A DNA stretch of 64,000 nt from Eledone cirrhosa (lineage: Eukaryota), in NCBI GenBank assembly GCA_964016885.1, contig OZ024750.1:22444001-22508000 (forward strand), written 5' to 3'. This document shows positions 13,452-28,056 of this stretch, piece after piece (position 1 is the first letter of the stretch; every line of letters starts with the position of its first letter). The position numbers and the translations under genes are program-made. The notes under the pieces were generated by a model that was given only the letters and a program-made list of their open reading frames with translations, did no database searches and had not been told where the DNA came from.

Positions 13452-13529
<78 letters not shown>

Positions 13530-14019
13530 TAAGGTGTTAGAGAGGGGTAGAAGAAATAGGAAGAGAGAGAAAGAGTGGTGGGAGAGAGATAGAGAAGAAA
13601 AATGGAAAAAAATATAGAGAGGGTAAGGAAGAGAGGGAGGGGTGAGGAAGAGGAGAAGAGAAAGAGAGGAGGGAGAGGGGAGTAAGAGAGATGGTAAAGA
13701 GATAGATAGAGAGAGGGAGAAAGTAAGTTCGCTGGGCCAGAGGTTGTACTGTGTTAATGAGTGAACCTCTACAAATTAGTCAGGTGTGATCTACAATAGT
13801 TATATGTCATGTAGATATAGACATGGCTGACTGGTTAAGATGTTAGCTTCTCAATCATGAGATCCTGGTTTCAATCACATTGCGTGGCATCTTGGGCAGA
13901 TGTTTTTACCATAGCCTTGGCCGTAGACGCATGCCGGGAAATTAAGTAGACAGAAACAGTTTTGAGGCCCGTCAGATGGTTGTAGCTGTAATTCAAAAGG
14001 TCAACATTATCGCACAGAG

Positions 14020-14597
14020 TAATAATTGTTTCTACTTTTGGCACAAGGTCAACAATTATCTCAGTGCATTACTGGTACTTTATTTTGTCGACCCCGTAAG
14101 GATGAAAGGCAAAATTAACCTCGGCGGGATTTGAACTCAAACCATAAAGGGACGTAACTCTATGCTGGAAAGCATGGTGCCTGACCCTCTACCGATACTG
14201 CCAATCCACAGTGTAATAATTGTTTCTACGTTTGGCACAAGGCCAGCAATTACCCAGTACATTACTGGTACTTTATTTTGTCGACCCCGTAAGGATGAAA
14301 GGCAAAATTAACCTCGGCGGGATTTGAACTCAAACCATAAAGGGACGTAACTCTATGCTGGAAAGCATGGTGCCTGACCCTCTACCGATACTGCCAATCC
14401 ACAGTGTAATAATTGTTTCTACGTTTGGCGCAAGGCCAGCAATTACCCAGTGTATTACTGGTACTTTATTTTATCGACCCCGTAAGGATGAAAGGCAAAG
14501 TTAACCTCGGCGGGATTTGAACTCAGAATGGCAAGGGCCGTAACTCTATGCGTCACAGCATGGCGTCCGACCCTCTACCGATACTGCCAATCCACCG
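14020..14597 (-). mobile_element. Three tandem SINE family 1 copies nested in a family 2 SINE
   Basis: Units are separated by CAG(T/A)GTAATAAT; the host SINE runs 13820-14015 and resumes at ~14610-14745. Confidence 0.9.
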
Positions 14598-15871
14598 CAG
14601 TGTAATAATGAATCTCGAGAATTACTTTATGCATACACGTGTCTGTGGCATACTCAGCAACTTAATCGTTAATTTCACGAGCAGGCTGATTTGTTGACTG
14701 AACAGCTGGGACACTCATCGTTGAATCCGACGGAAGTCCATTTGTTGTTCATGTGTGTGTAGAGAGAGAGAGAGACCGAAAGAGAGACAGAGAGAGAAAG
14801 TGATAGCCAGGAATGTGTCTGTGATATGTCTAAAGATTATATCTTTAATAGGCTACACGTGTCTATGGATTGGATTACTCAACCATGTACACGTAGTTCA
14901 TGAGCTAGACGTTACGTTCAGTTGATCAAACAACTGAATGATCATCGTCGAATTCGACGGAGAATCGTTTTATTGGAATAGACTTAACTATGTAAGAATG
15001 ATTTCAATGTCTCTCTTTGTTCATGTGTTACGTGAGGTGTGTATATGGCACTCGAGAAGGAAAGATTATCATGAGTATAGGGCGGGGTTGTTAAAGTTGT
15101 TCACAAGTAGAATATTAATGAGCAGGTATGGCCGAGTGGTTAAGAAGTTCGCTTCGCAGTCATGAGGTCCTGAGTTCGATCTTACTGCGAGGTACCGTTA
15201 ATAAGTGTCATTTACCATATTCTCGGGTCGATCGAAACCTTGTCAATAAGTTTGGGTAGACGGAAACTGTTTGGAAGTCTGTCGAGAGGATTGTATCTGT
15301 AATTCAAATATTTGTCACATATTTGTCACACTAATTGGGCTTGGGAATCACATTATTGGTACACGTGTCTGTGGAACACTCAACCAGTCACACGAATTGG
15401 ACGTTCAGTTGATTGAATATCATCCATCAGTGTGCCGTAGGAAGAGAGTGGGTTACATAACCGAATGCTGGGGTACACCAGGTGTCAGCTTAAAGAACCC
15501 CTCCCCCACCTTCGTTGGCGCAAGTTACTATGCTATGGTTTGACCTTAAGTTTTCTGTTCGCATTGCCATAATGGTGTGGTAGATCACAGCCCAGAGTAT
15601 AGGAGTTCTCTCCCTTGCTTGCTACTCGGTAGAGCATCGGACAACATATTTACGGAGTGTGGGATCTATAAAAAATAAAGTACCAGTAACGCACTGGAGT
15701 CGATTTAATCGACTTTCTCCTTCTCTTCAAATTACTGGCCTTGTGCCAAATGCAGAAACCATTATGTAAACATCCAAAAGTTTCGGTATTACATAGTTCC
15801 CCAACAGATTTGTCATCGCCAATATCATCACCGTCAGTCCCAATTTCGTCATCATCAATTTAAATTTCATT

Positions 15872-16238
15872 GGTCGGACGCCATGCTTTCCAGCATAGTT
15901 ACGTCCATTTACGATCTGAGTTCAAATCCCGCCGAGCTTGACTTTGCCTTTCATCCTTACGGGGTCGATAAAATAAAAGTACCAGTAATGCACTGGGTAA
16001 TTGCTGGCCTTGTGCCTAAAGTAGAAACAATTATTACTAAAGGATGGGCGGTGGATTGGCAGTATCGGTAGAGGGTCGGACGCCATGCTTTGACGCATAG
16101 AGTTACGACCCTTGCCATTCTGAGTTCAAATCCCGCCGAGGTTAACTTTGCCTTTCATTCTTACGGGGTCGATAAAATAAAGTACCAGTAATGTACTGAG
16201 TAATTGATGGCCTTGTGCCAAAAGTAGAAATAATTATT
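15872..16238 (+). mobile_element. Two tandem SINE family 1 copies
   Basis: First copy 5'-truncated, second full length; TACTAAAGGATGG follows each. Confidence 0.9.
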
Positions 16239-16611
16239 ACTAAAGGATGGAGTGATTTTTTTTTTTAAATATGAAGGACGATGCATTGGCACCAGTGATT
16301 ACTTGTCGCATAATTGTAAAAGAATGTAAATATTTTAAAGTTTTGCAAAGGAATACGTGTTTCGTTTAGAGAAAGTATCACACCCAAACATTACCGTAAA
16401 TATACATGCATTTACGTAAGCGAGTAACATCTGTTCAACCTTCTGTTCATTATTCACATTTCTTAACTCTCTTAAGATATTCCTTTAAAAAATCTGGCAC
16501 AATCGTCTTTGGTAAACAGAGTCAGCCCAGTGTTTATCATATGTAACTGATTTAGTTCCATTCTTCTGTTTCGACGAAATTTACGTTGTCCTTGACGAAA
16601 TTAAAACTGAT

Positions 16612-16698
<87 letters not shown>

Positions 16699-16729
16699 AG
16701 AACAAAAGATGGTTAAAAGAGTTCCATGT

Positions 16730-16798
16730 ATTTTATTATGCGCATTTCAAAAACAAATATCATCATGCAATAATATTTGTGTTTTCATCAGATAAAAC
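16730..16798 (-). ncRNA. Intact minimal type I hammerhead with palindromic stem III
   Basis: Minus strand: GTTTTAT-CTGATGA-AAACACAAATAT..ATATTTGTTTTT-GAA-ATGCGCAT-A-ATAAAAT. Confidence 0.8.
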
Positions 16799-16953
16799 AG
16801 GAAGACATGATATGAAGGTTAAAAAACACTTGTGGATAGTGCAGTTTTAAATCAACATATATATTATGTATACTCCAGTCCTACAAACTGTAGAGTGCTT
16901 CTTATCCGATATCTGCATTGCTTTATTGTACTACAATAAAACTCACCTCCTAC

Positions 16954-16989
<36 letters not shown>

Positions 16990-17363
16990 ATATATATGAA
17001 AAGAGCCAGCTGTCAAAACGGCCGGAGCTCAGCCGTCGGGGTCCTGACTCTTTTCCTATTACCCACTCTACTACCCTAAGTATCGAGTACTCTGGTGCGT
17101 TATAGTCCACCTGGTATCTTACCACAACTTCTTTATTATATATATATATATATATATATAGGAACGAGTAGGACCCCGAGGGCTGAGCTCAAACCGTTTC
17201 GACGGCTAATTCTGGACCAGAATTCGGGTTCAGAATTAGCCGTCGAAACGGCTTGAGCTCAGCCGTCGGGGTCCAACTCGTTCCTATTACCCACTCTACT
17301 ACCCTAAGTATTGAGTACTTTGGTGCGTTATGGTCCACTTGGTTCCTTACCACATTTCCTTCG

Positions 17364-17416
<53 letters not shown>

Positions 17417-17430
17417 TTTTAATATAGATG

Positions 17431-17481
17431 AGATTCTACAGGACTAGAACTGTTTCATTCATTAGAAATCATCAGGAATCT
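17431..17481 (-). ncRNA. Type I hammerhead ribozyme
   Basis: Minus strand: AGATTC-CTGATGA-T TTC taat GAA T-GAA-ACAG ttctagtc CTGT-A-GAATCT; GUA triplet. Confidence 0.85.
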
Positions 17482-18164
17482 GGGTATCAAAAAATAAAAA
17501 TGGTATTTATAGGTCTCTACAAGTGGTAGGAGAGGGTGGGGGAGTGGGATGGGTGTAGGTCATTGGTTGATAGAAAAGGGAATTCATTAAAAACTAGTGG
17601 TTACCTCCGATTCAACCCGGAATAACGTATATATATATATATATGATGGCTGCAATATTCGATTTCGGGTTATGCCATCGCTTGATACTTAAGCATGATC
17701 ATAACGATCGTGGCTTTCTAGTCCTGTTAGAGACTTGCCTAAGGCCAGCAATGCCAATGGTGGAAGCCTGGATGAAATATATGAGACTGATGGGAACTAG
17801 ATTGAGACTAACAATGATGTAACTGAGGATGACGATGTCGAATTTGTGACTGACATAGAGACAATTGACTTTAAACACTGTTAAATTACGAGGTTTGTTA
17901 CAGGGTTGTTACACTTGTCATATTTAGACTACCAGACTTTATGTATAGACCATGTAGACATTTTTGTCTCACTATGTTGTTGGTATACACACACATAAAC
18001 ATATACATATTATATGGGTGGTTAGAGATAAAGATAAATAGTTACGTAAATAGTCAGCCAGGTCATTTGATCGATATATATATATATATATATGTGAAAA
18101 AATGGGGAGAATATATATATATATATATATATATTACAAGTAGAAAGCAACTGTGATACACACA

Positions 18165-18204
<40 letters not shown>

Positions 18205-18783
18205 CACATATATTATATATACACATATACACATAATAATAGTATCAATAGAGTTAACCAAAGATAATTAAAATTGCCAATCAATAATATATTTAAGCTC
18301 AATGTGTCATAGATAGAAATATAGAAGAGATATCATTTAAGGGGTGAAGAAAATGGTGACCTATATAACAGAGAGAATAATGATTTAAGCAATCTATCCC
18401 ATCATCTGAATTTGTTATATATTGATTCATATATATAAATATATATATATAAAGATAGACAGACAAATTCCTAGATAGATAGAGAGACAGTCAGACAAAT
18501 ATAAAGAGTAGCACAACAGCCTCGTTTTCATTTCATTCTCTCTCCGAAGCTCCAACACGAGCTAAATACCAACAAGGAGAGTGTGGAGCCCTATATTAAG
18601 GCTTCCAGTCATCCGTTTCATGTCGTAACAGGTCGAAAATCACTAAATATAACTTTAATGATTTGTCAAACAACGTCCTTGTACCAGTTTAAAACGGGAT
18701 TTCGTTCCGACAATTTAATCTCGCTTTTTTAATCTGCTGGCTTCTGTCGGTCGCTGTTCAGATGTTGATATTTCATCCAGAAA

Positions 18784-18867
<84 letters not shown>

Positions 18868-18875
18868 GCGAGCAC

Positions 18876-18913
<38 letters not shown>

Positions 18914-19094
18914 TTACGTACGCACACACACACACACGCACTTACGTACGCACACAGGCACAGAGGCACACACACACACACACAGGCACAGACACACACA
19001 CACAGACACACGCATACACACAGAGGCGCACACATACACACAGAGGCACAGACACACACACATACACATACACACACACACACATTCTTTTATG

Positions 19095-19260
19095 TTTTTA
19101 CTTGTTTTAGTCATTAGACTGCGGCCATGCTGGGGCACAACCATGATTTGGTTGATCATATCGGCCTCATCACTCCTTGTTTTAAAGTCCAGCGGTTGTT
19201 TTATCGATCTCCTTTTGCCAATCGGCTAAGTTAAGCGACAGTTAAAAACAGACTGATACA
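19095..19260 (-). mobile_element. Older SINE with GTGCCCCAGCATGGCCGCAGTC..GACTAAAACAAGTAAA 3' tail
   Basis: The same tail occurs at ~9200-9260, 25300-25400 and 36305-36450. Confidence 0.65.
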
Positions 19261-19310
19261 AACGTAATCACGAGCGCGCGCACACACAGACTCACTCTCA
19301 CAAACACACA

Positions 19311-19399
<89 letters not shown>

Positions 19400-19734
19400 A
19401 AAACAAAGAGAGCGTGGTAAGATACCAGGTGGACTATAACGCACCAGAGTATTCAATACTTGGGGGTAGTAGAGTGGGTAATATGAAAAGATTCAGGACC
19501 CCGACGGCTGAGCTCCGGCCGTTTCAACAGCTATTTCTGAACAGCGTTCAGAAATAGCTCTCGAAACGCTAAGTCTCTCTTCCTGCTATTCCAAGCGTTA
19601 ACTTAATCTATACCTTCCATATACTGTACTTATTGTGTTGTTTTTTTCTGTTTACCTTTTAAATACATACATATATATCCTATATATATATATATATATA
19701 TACATATATATGTCTATATATATATATGTATACG

Positions 19735-19798
<64 letters not shown>

Positions 19799-19930
19799 TA
19801 TATATATATATGTATACGTATGTGTATATATATATATATATACGTAGGTCCCGGGTTGAGTCGGGGATAACCACAGTAAGTAAGGTACTCAATACATGGC
19901 AGAGTAAAATTTTTTTTATTTTATAGAAGG

Positions 19931-19981
19931 AGCTTCTACAGGACTAGTGCTGTTTCATTCAGATGAAATCTTCAGGAAGCT
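19931..19981 (-). ncRNA. Type I hammerhead ribozyme, paralogue of 17431-17481
   Basis: Minus strand: AGCTTC-CTGAAGA-T TTC atct GAA T-GAA-ACAG cactagtc CTGT-A-GAAGCT; downstream AATAAA, then a 3' tail ending in (TA)n at ~19843. Confidence 0.85.
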
Positions 19982-20285
19982 GGGTGTCATATTAAGTTCT
20001 GGTATTTATACATTTAGGTAGTGGTAAGGGAGGGGTGGGGGATGGGGGGGGGGGATTGTTTGGGGTGTGATGGTATTTAGATACACAGGACCACTTCATG
20101 GCACAGGCCGTTTTTCTTTGGGGAGTGGTCAATTAGCCAGAGTGCTTTTTTGAAATAAATAAATAAGTAAATAAATAAATAAATAAATGAATAAATAAAT
20201 AAATAAATAAATAAATAAAAAAAAAAAATAAATAAATAAAATAAATAAATAAAAACCCCAAGAATAGTAATTCAACAGATATATA

Positions 20286-20334
<49 letters not shown>

Positions 20335-20352
20335 TATACATATATATACTAT

Positions 20353-20391
<39 letters not shown>

Positions 20392-20442
20392 AAGAAAATG
20401 GTGCTCACAAACATAAACATATGGATACTCACACACACATAC

Positions 20443-20490
<48 letters not shown>

Positions 20491-20594
20491 GTGTGTGTGA
20501 GTATCCATATGTTTATGTATTTGTAAGCACCATTTTCTTTTTAGGAGTGCTATGTAACCAATGTTTATAGTAGACTGTTCATCGATTTAAAGAG

Positions 20595-20626
<32 letters not shown>

Positions 20627-21007
20627 CGAGAGAGAGAGAGAGCGAGAGAGAGAGAGAGAGAGTGGCTAGTGTTTGTACATGTTACATACTACATACATAA
20701 ATGGTAAATACATAAAATACACAGAATAAAATGTTTGACGTCAAGGTCGACTGATTCTGTGACGCAATTACAACAGGCATAAATCGGACAACACAACGAT
20801 AGAAAGTTGAAAAAACAAAAAAAAAACGAAGATAAAATATAAAAATCGATATTTCAGTATCGATCTAAGCGTTGCTAGTTTGCTGTTATTGCTGTTAGTG
20901 CTGCTGCTGTTATTTAGGCACACGTCAACGTTTATAGTATAGAGCAGATCTATGATCAAAAGCATTCCAGCTGTGAACGTCCTGCATTGTTAGAGATATG
21001 TATGAAT

Positions 21008-21293
21008 GTCTTTGCTTTTCATCCTTACGGGGGTCGATAAAATAAAGTACCAGTAATGCACTGGGTAATTGCCGGCCTTGTGCCAAAAGTAGAAACAATT
21101 ATTGGCGGTGAATTGGCAGTATCGGTAGAGGGCCGGACGCCATGCTTTGACGCAAAGAGTTACGCCCCTTTCCATTCTGAGTTCAAATCCCGCCGAGGTT
21201 AACTTTGCCTTTCATCCTTACGGGGTCGATAAAAGTAAGTACCAGTAATACACTGGGTTATTGCCGGCCTTGTGCCAAAAGTAGAAACAATTA
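21008..21293 (+). mobile_element. Two tandem SINE family 1 copies
   Basis: A truncated copy is directly followed by a full copy starting GGCGGTGAATTGGCAG. Confidence 0.85.
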
Positions 21294-21557
21294 TTTCATG
21301 TGCTCTTTTCTTATAAAACCCATTACCATATAAAACTGTTTATTTCAAAGTGTTTATATTATGTATTTTAAGGATCACGTAACTCCCGATGGTGTCGTAG
21401 GAGCGGGTGTTGTCATGGCATACGACAAGTCATGGGCACTTTAAATCTGACGGAACCCATCTCTTCTCTAGTTCTGAACATACCAGATTTCTTCTTCTTC
21501 TTCTTCTTCTTCTTCTTCTTCTTCTTCTTCTTCTTCTTCTTCTTCTTCTTCTTCTTC

Positions 21558-21593
<36 letters not shown>

Positions 21594-22982
21594 AGGGCAG
21601 TGAGAAATAGGTATAGAGGAAGAATCGATCCCAGTACTGGACATGTACTTTTTCTATCGATCTCGAAAGGATGAAAGGCAAAATTGACCTCGGCGAGATT
21701 TGAAAGCATTCCATGCGACATTTATGTTTATCTAAAAACCTATCATAATTTTATGAATTTTATGGAAGAATCTTTGTTATATTACAAACACTAGCAAACA
21801 CCCCCTAGCACAAAACCCGGCGACAAACCTGTTTATGTTCTTTGAATAAAGTGTCCTAATTTTTCTTAAAAAGACTAATATTTTCCTTAAAGTGTTCCTA
21901 CATTCATTAAACTAAATCCCCCTATATTCCTTAAACCATCACATGTCTCCTCTAACAAAAACAAAACCTCAAATACCACCGAGAGATTTATATAGAACCC
22001 TTAAAATTGATAAAAGAAAGAGTATATATGAATACATTTTGTCCATTTTCTAGAGAAGTCACTACTAGTTACTTTTGAAGTCTTCTTTGGAAAGAAACAA
22101 TGCAGTTATTAATAAGAAGAGTTGAAATGAATGCATGTTAGATTTCACAGCTCTAGCATCACTCCTCCGCAGTCAGCCTGTGAACTTTTCAGGCCACCCT
22201 CGTATGTACACATTTTTTTTATTTTCCTATATTATACCAAAATATACCATTTCATAAACGTAATCTATTAAAGTGGAAACTTTAGAATGTGATAAAGAAT
22301 GTCAAGAAAAACTGTCAAATTTTACTGACAAAACTTGTAGGAACCCCTTTTTTTTCACGAACCCCCAAATATTTACTGAACCCTTTGGATTCATATGAAC
22401 TTAGGCTGGAGACCACTGGCATAGAAAATAGCCCTTCCTTTCATCACAAGTTCGCTTTCGTTATCGTTGTTGGCCTGAATTGGTGGTGATTTAGCTGGAA
22501 GTTGCAAGATGGCACGTACGCAGAGAAAATACTCCATTACTTTACTGATTGAATTTCAACTCTGATATCTTAATGTATTTACACTAAATCGGTGTGAAGA
22601 TTGGCCTTGTTTAATGAAGTTGTTTCTAGATTATACGGAAATAACCAATGCCACAGGATATCTTTGATCAACTCTTATCTCTCAATCTTTCCTTTTTAAC
22701 GAGAATATTCTATTATGACCCCTAAAATCATATCATAATGTCTTTGTAGGTAATCCCTTTGTGTTAAAATGTGGTAGATGAAAGTAACTGGGTATGGCTG
22801 CGTGGTCAAGAAGTTCGTTGCGTAACAAACTACTGGTTCGATTCGATCATACTGCGCAGCACCTTTGGCGATACTTTCTACTATAGCTCCGAGTAGATCA
22901 GTAAACCTTGTAAGTGAAATTTGGTAGACAGAAACTGTATAGAAGTCTGCCAGAAGGACCATTCCTCTCTTGCATGATATAC

Positions 22983-23538
22983 TTAATCCTTTCGTTGCCA
23001 TATTTCTAATGAAAGACACTGCCTATAATTTTCAATTAATTTAAAAAATAATCAAGAATCTGGAACGTTTCGTAATATAACTGTTTGGAACATAACAAAG
23101 GTTCTTACGTAAAATTATGATGGAAGGTTTTTAGATAAATGTAAATTCTTTGAAATTAACAATTTTGTGTCATTGAACAGGTGGCAGTTTCAGGTGGTTT
23201 GGTATCAAAGTAAAGTTGGTGTTCGGAACATAATTATTTCTAGTTTTTGGCACAAGGCCAGCAAGTATCCCAGTGCATTACTTGTACTTTATTTTATCGA
23301 CCCCGTAAGAATGAAAGGCAAAGTTAACCTCGTAACTCTATGCTGCAAAGCATGACGTCCGACATTCTACCGATACTGCCAATCCACCGTTGGTGTTTGG
23401 AATATAATATAACAAAGCTCCTTATATCAAAATATGATCGAAAGTTTTTAGTTAAATAAAGACACTTTAAAACAAACGGCTCTATGTATCATTGAACCAC
23501 GAGGTGGGGTTCAGGCAGTTTGGTATCAAAAAGGTTAA
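22983..23538. mobile_element. TTAA-flanked (piggyBac-type) MITE with internal duplication and a nested SINE
   Basis: Ends TTAATCCTTTCG and CAAAAAGGTTAA; SINE family 1 (-) at 23230-23390. Related fragments at 32700-32823 (ending CGAAAGGGTTAA), 35243-35365 (starting TTAACCCTTT), ~21315-21790 and 42595-45110. Confidence 0.7.
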
Positions 23539-23576
23539 CAGTCACCACCGCCTATTACTAACACCACCACCGCTAT

Positions 23577-23641
<65 letters not shown>

Positions 23642-23839
23642 GAATGAAGCCTGGTTGGCTAGGAGTAAATGCCTTGGGTAAACAAACTTAAAACATTGAC
23701 ATATGAGGGGTTGGTGCTGTTGTTAAGTTATTTGTTGTTGTTGAAATATCGATAAATTACTTACATAAGCCTCATACTCAAGCTTAAAGCCTTGTTCTAA
23801 TATACAATACATTCCTATAGAATCCTGTACCTACTTACC

Positions 23840-23876
<37 letters not shown>

Positions 23877-23986
23877 ATTATATATATTTATATACACACA
23901 CACATACATATTGGGTTTATATATAGATATATATACATATATACATACACATATACCTATATATACACACACATACATATATGGTT

Positions 23987-24017
<31 letters not shown>

Positions 24018-24345
24018 ACACACGCACACACACACACACATGCCCCCCCCCCCCTATATATACACCACTTCAACAACTGCACTTCAGATATATCAAGTTG
24101 GATTGATGAAAAACAAAACATATAGATAATACAGATTAATGATTGTTTTAAATGTCAAAAATAAATTCTTATAAAATTGGTGACCGGTTGAACAACTTAC
24201 TTAACGTACAAATAGCCAGTTAACGTACAAATAGCCAGTTAACGAAATCAATTTATCGAAATATTAGGTCATTTAGTTCATAACTATAGCTGTTAATTTG
24301 TACAAATATGGATTTAATAGTTTTCATTACAATGACTTTGTGTCT

Positions 24346-24677
24346 GGTTTATAGTATGTCTCGGCATATTGCGGTTTATAGCATGTCTCGGTATATAACC
24401 GGCATATTGCGGTTTCTAGTATGTCTCGGTATATAACCGGCATATTGTGGTTTATAGTCTGTCTCGGCATATAACCGGCATATTGTGGTTTATAGTATGT
24501 CTCGGCATATAACCGCATATTGTGGTTTATAGTTTGTTGCGGCATATAACCAACCTATTACCGTTTATAGTCTGTCTCGGCATATAACCAATATATTACG
24601 GTTTATCGTTCGTCACGGTATATAACCGACATATTATGGTTTATAGTTCCACTCAGCATATAACCAACATATTGCGT
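24346..24677. repeat. ~38-bp minisatellite
   Basis: About 9 units of TAGTATGTCTCGGCATATAACCGGCATATTGTGGTTTA, degrading toward the right. Confidence 0.85.
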
Positions 24678-24994
24678 TATGTAATTTTACTCAATACAGT
24701 TATAATGTAACAATATTTTGTTGTTGTTTTCTTTAACTGGTTACAGTTCATTTAACTGGTTCAGTTGGGGTACTGATCCAGCTGGGGCACTGACCTAGAA
24801 GTGGATTGGTTCTTTAAATCAGGTAACAGAGTAACAGAATAACTACTGATTGTTGAGGTCCAGGGGTGTGTTTTCACTGTTCAGCTACGTTCGTACAGGC
24901 AGTTTGGGTATCAAACAAGTTAACACTCACTACTACTACTACTACTACTATCACCACCACCACCACCACCACCACCACCACCACCACCACCACC

Positions 24995-25036
<42 letters not shown>

Positions 25037-25825
25037 GCTACTGCTACTACTACTGCTACTACTACAAATTTCACTCACAAGGTATTTGTCAATCGGAGGC
25101 TATAGTAGAAGGCACTGGCCCAAAGTGTCACGTGGTGTGCGAAGCGAACTTCCTCACAGCCATGACCTCTGTCTATATATAGATTTCTTTACAATGACTT
25201 TATGTTGGTTTATAGTTTGTCTCAGCTTGCAATCTATTACGTAGTTTTATCTGGTATAATTAGAAGGCAACGGTATTCATTTGTTGTTTAACTGTTTAAC
25301 TCTTTTATTGCACTGCGGCCAAGCTGGAGCATTGCATTCAATGGGTTTTAGTCTATCCTCGAGATCCCGGTACTATATTTCAATTTCGTACTTATTTTTA
25401 TTGAATGAAATTAGTTTTTTTTAAAACATTAAGGGAGGTAACACAACACACTGGTTTACACACGCATGCGCACATACACAAACAGAGCTTTTAATACACT
25501 GGTTTACACATGTATGCGCGCGCACACACACATGCACACAGAGAGTTTTTACTGAAACTTTGAAATAAACAGTTCCTGTTATATATATATATATATATAT
25601 AATTGTTTCTACTTTTTGGCACAAGGCCAGCAATTACCCAGTGCATTACTGGTACTTGATTTTATCGACCCCGTAAGGACGAAAGGCAAAGTTAAATGTC
25701 CAAAAGAATTAACTATGGAGATATAACAGATACAGAAGCGAAAACCAACTAAACAGTGAGTGTGTTCTGTTATTATTTCTGGCAATATCATTACAACAAT
25801 ATGACCCTCCCCAAGTATGACAATG

Positions 25826-25865
<40 letters not shown>

Positions 25866-25885
25866 GTATATATACATATATGTCT

Positions 25886-25988
<103 letters not shown>

Positions 25989-26015
25989 CGTATATATACA
26001 TATATATATATATAT

Positions 26016-26372
26016 ACTCTGATATAACACCTGCAACCCTGATGGTATCCAATGATGTTGACTTGTTCTTCTTTTTGGTAAATATCATCTTGGTTAAGAG
26101 AGTGGGACTGGCTTTGTGCAGTGCCTTTGTTCACTATAAAAGCTTCACGGCGCAGGCATTTTTTTATATCTGGAGATCTCTCTGCACTTGTCGTCACATG
26201 GTACCATGGGCCCAGCACTATGTGTCAATAATTGTCACAAGTGTAGTGTTTGTAACAGAGTTTTCAAGTCGCTGGCTGGACTAAAAAGTCATACTCGTTC
26301 AGCGCATCGGTAGGGGTTCTCCTACATGGATATAAAGTAGTGGCCGTACTCGAAAACGAGTTGGCAGCCACC
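26016..26372 (+). mobile_element. RTE-type non-autonomous element, truncated copy
   Basis: Matches 6774-7130; embedded in (TA)n. Confidence 0.85.
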
Positions 26373-26415
26373 ATATATATATGTGTCTTATATATATATG
26401 TATACATATATATAT

Positions 26416-26457
<42 letters not shown>

Positions 26458-26822
26458 CACACACAAACATGCACACACACACATACGACGGCTACAACCT
26501 GATGACGTCTGCCACCCTCATACCAATAATTGGAGCAGGCTGGCTCTTGTTTTGCTGAGAGGGCTGGTGTATGAATTTGAAGGATGCGTTTCAACTTAAT
26601 TTATGTCTTGTGCGGTATATAGGGTTGGTGGGGTTGATTGTAGGATAATGGTTAGTGTTTGCTAGAGTTCGTGGTTAGCATGGATTTGGTGTAGATTTGT
26701 TTATGTTCTAGTTAAGGTAATTGACAGTCTCTCGCTCTCGCTCTCTCTCTTTCTTTTTCTCTCTTGCTCTCTCTCTCTCTCTCTGTCTACCTATATATAT
26801 ATATATATACACACGCACACAC

Positions 26823-26871
<49 letters not shown>

Positions 26872-27223
26872 TGTGTGTGTGTGTACGTGCGTGTGTGTAA
26901 GTACACAAACACAGTGTACAGAGTACATTCTTTCCCAGTTTAAAAATCCTCTGCTGATTAAAATTCTTCCCCTAGCTGAAATTCCACCTTTTAGTTTTGA
27001 AATTCTTTCAGTGTTAGCCAAATGAGCCGTGTTCGAGAAGCACCGTTAATCAACTTAAATAGATAAATAATTACTTCTTTTGTTGAAGTGTAAAACAGAC
27101 CTTGAGTGTTTAATATGCTCGGAGTACGTCATGGTTGTGCAGGCTTATGGCTTTGTGGTTTATCGAGATCGAATCTTGCACAATCTTGTAAAATTGTCAG
27201 GTCTTATATTGTTGACAATCTAG

Positions 27224-27299
<76 letters not shown>

Positions 27300-27340
27300 A
27301 ATATGAACATTTAGCTCAGAATCGAAGAGATCACAGACAG

Positions 27341-27527
27341 TAATTGTTTCCACTTTTGGCACGAGGCCAGCAATTATCCCAGTGTATTACTGCTACTTTA
27401 TTTTATCGGCCCCGTAAGGATGAAAGGCAAAGTTAACCTCGGCGGGATTTTAACTCAGACCATAAGTGGCCGTAACTCTTTGCTGCAAAGCATGGCGTCA
27501 GACCCTCTACCGATACTGCCAATCCAC
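27341..27527 (-). mobile_element. SINE family 1 with TSD
   Basis: Flanked by ATCACAGACA(G/A)TAAT on both sides. Confidence 0.85.
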
Positions 27528-27692
27528 ACACAATCACAGACAATAATGATAGTCAATCAACATAAAAAATAATTGGGAAAATCGAGTAAAATACTCCTGG
27601 ACGTTAAAATGTGTCCACTCTTTCCCGCCATTTGCATTGAGGAGACAACTATATTTCAAATTTCACAATGGTTCTTAAGTCAGCCAGATGTT

Positions 27693-27731
<39 letters not shown>

Positions 27732-27917
27732 GGCGAGGGAGAGAGAGGGGACGAAATGAAAAAGAGAAGAGGGTATGTGATAGAGCGGGAAAGAGAGAGA
27801 GAGAGAGAGAGAAAGAGAGGGTGGGAGAGAGATTCACAGTAGAGATAGGGTTTATCTCTATCATCTTATAATTGCGAGAAGATTCAACTCCCATGTAATA
27901 TGATGAGATAGAGATAT

Positions 27918-28056
<139 letters not shown>

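Noticed and set aside
17750-17885. Acidic peptide remnant (..NNDVTEDDDVEFVTDIETIDFK)
   Set aside because: Contains an in-frame stop and has no recognisable family motif.
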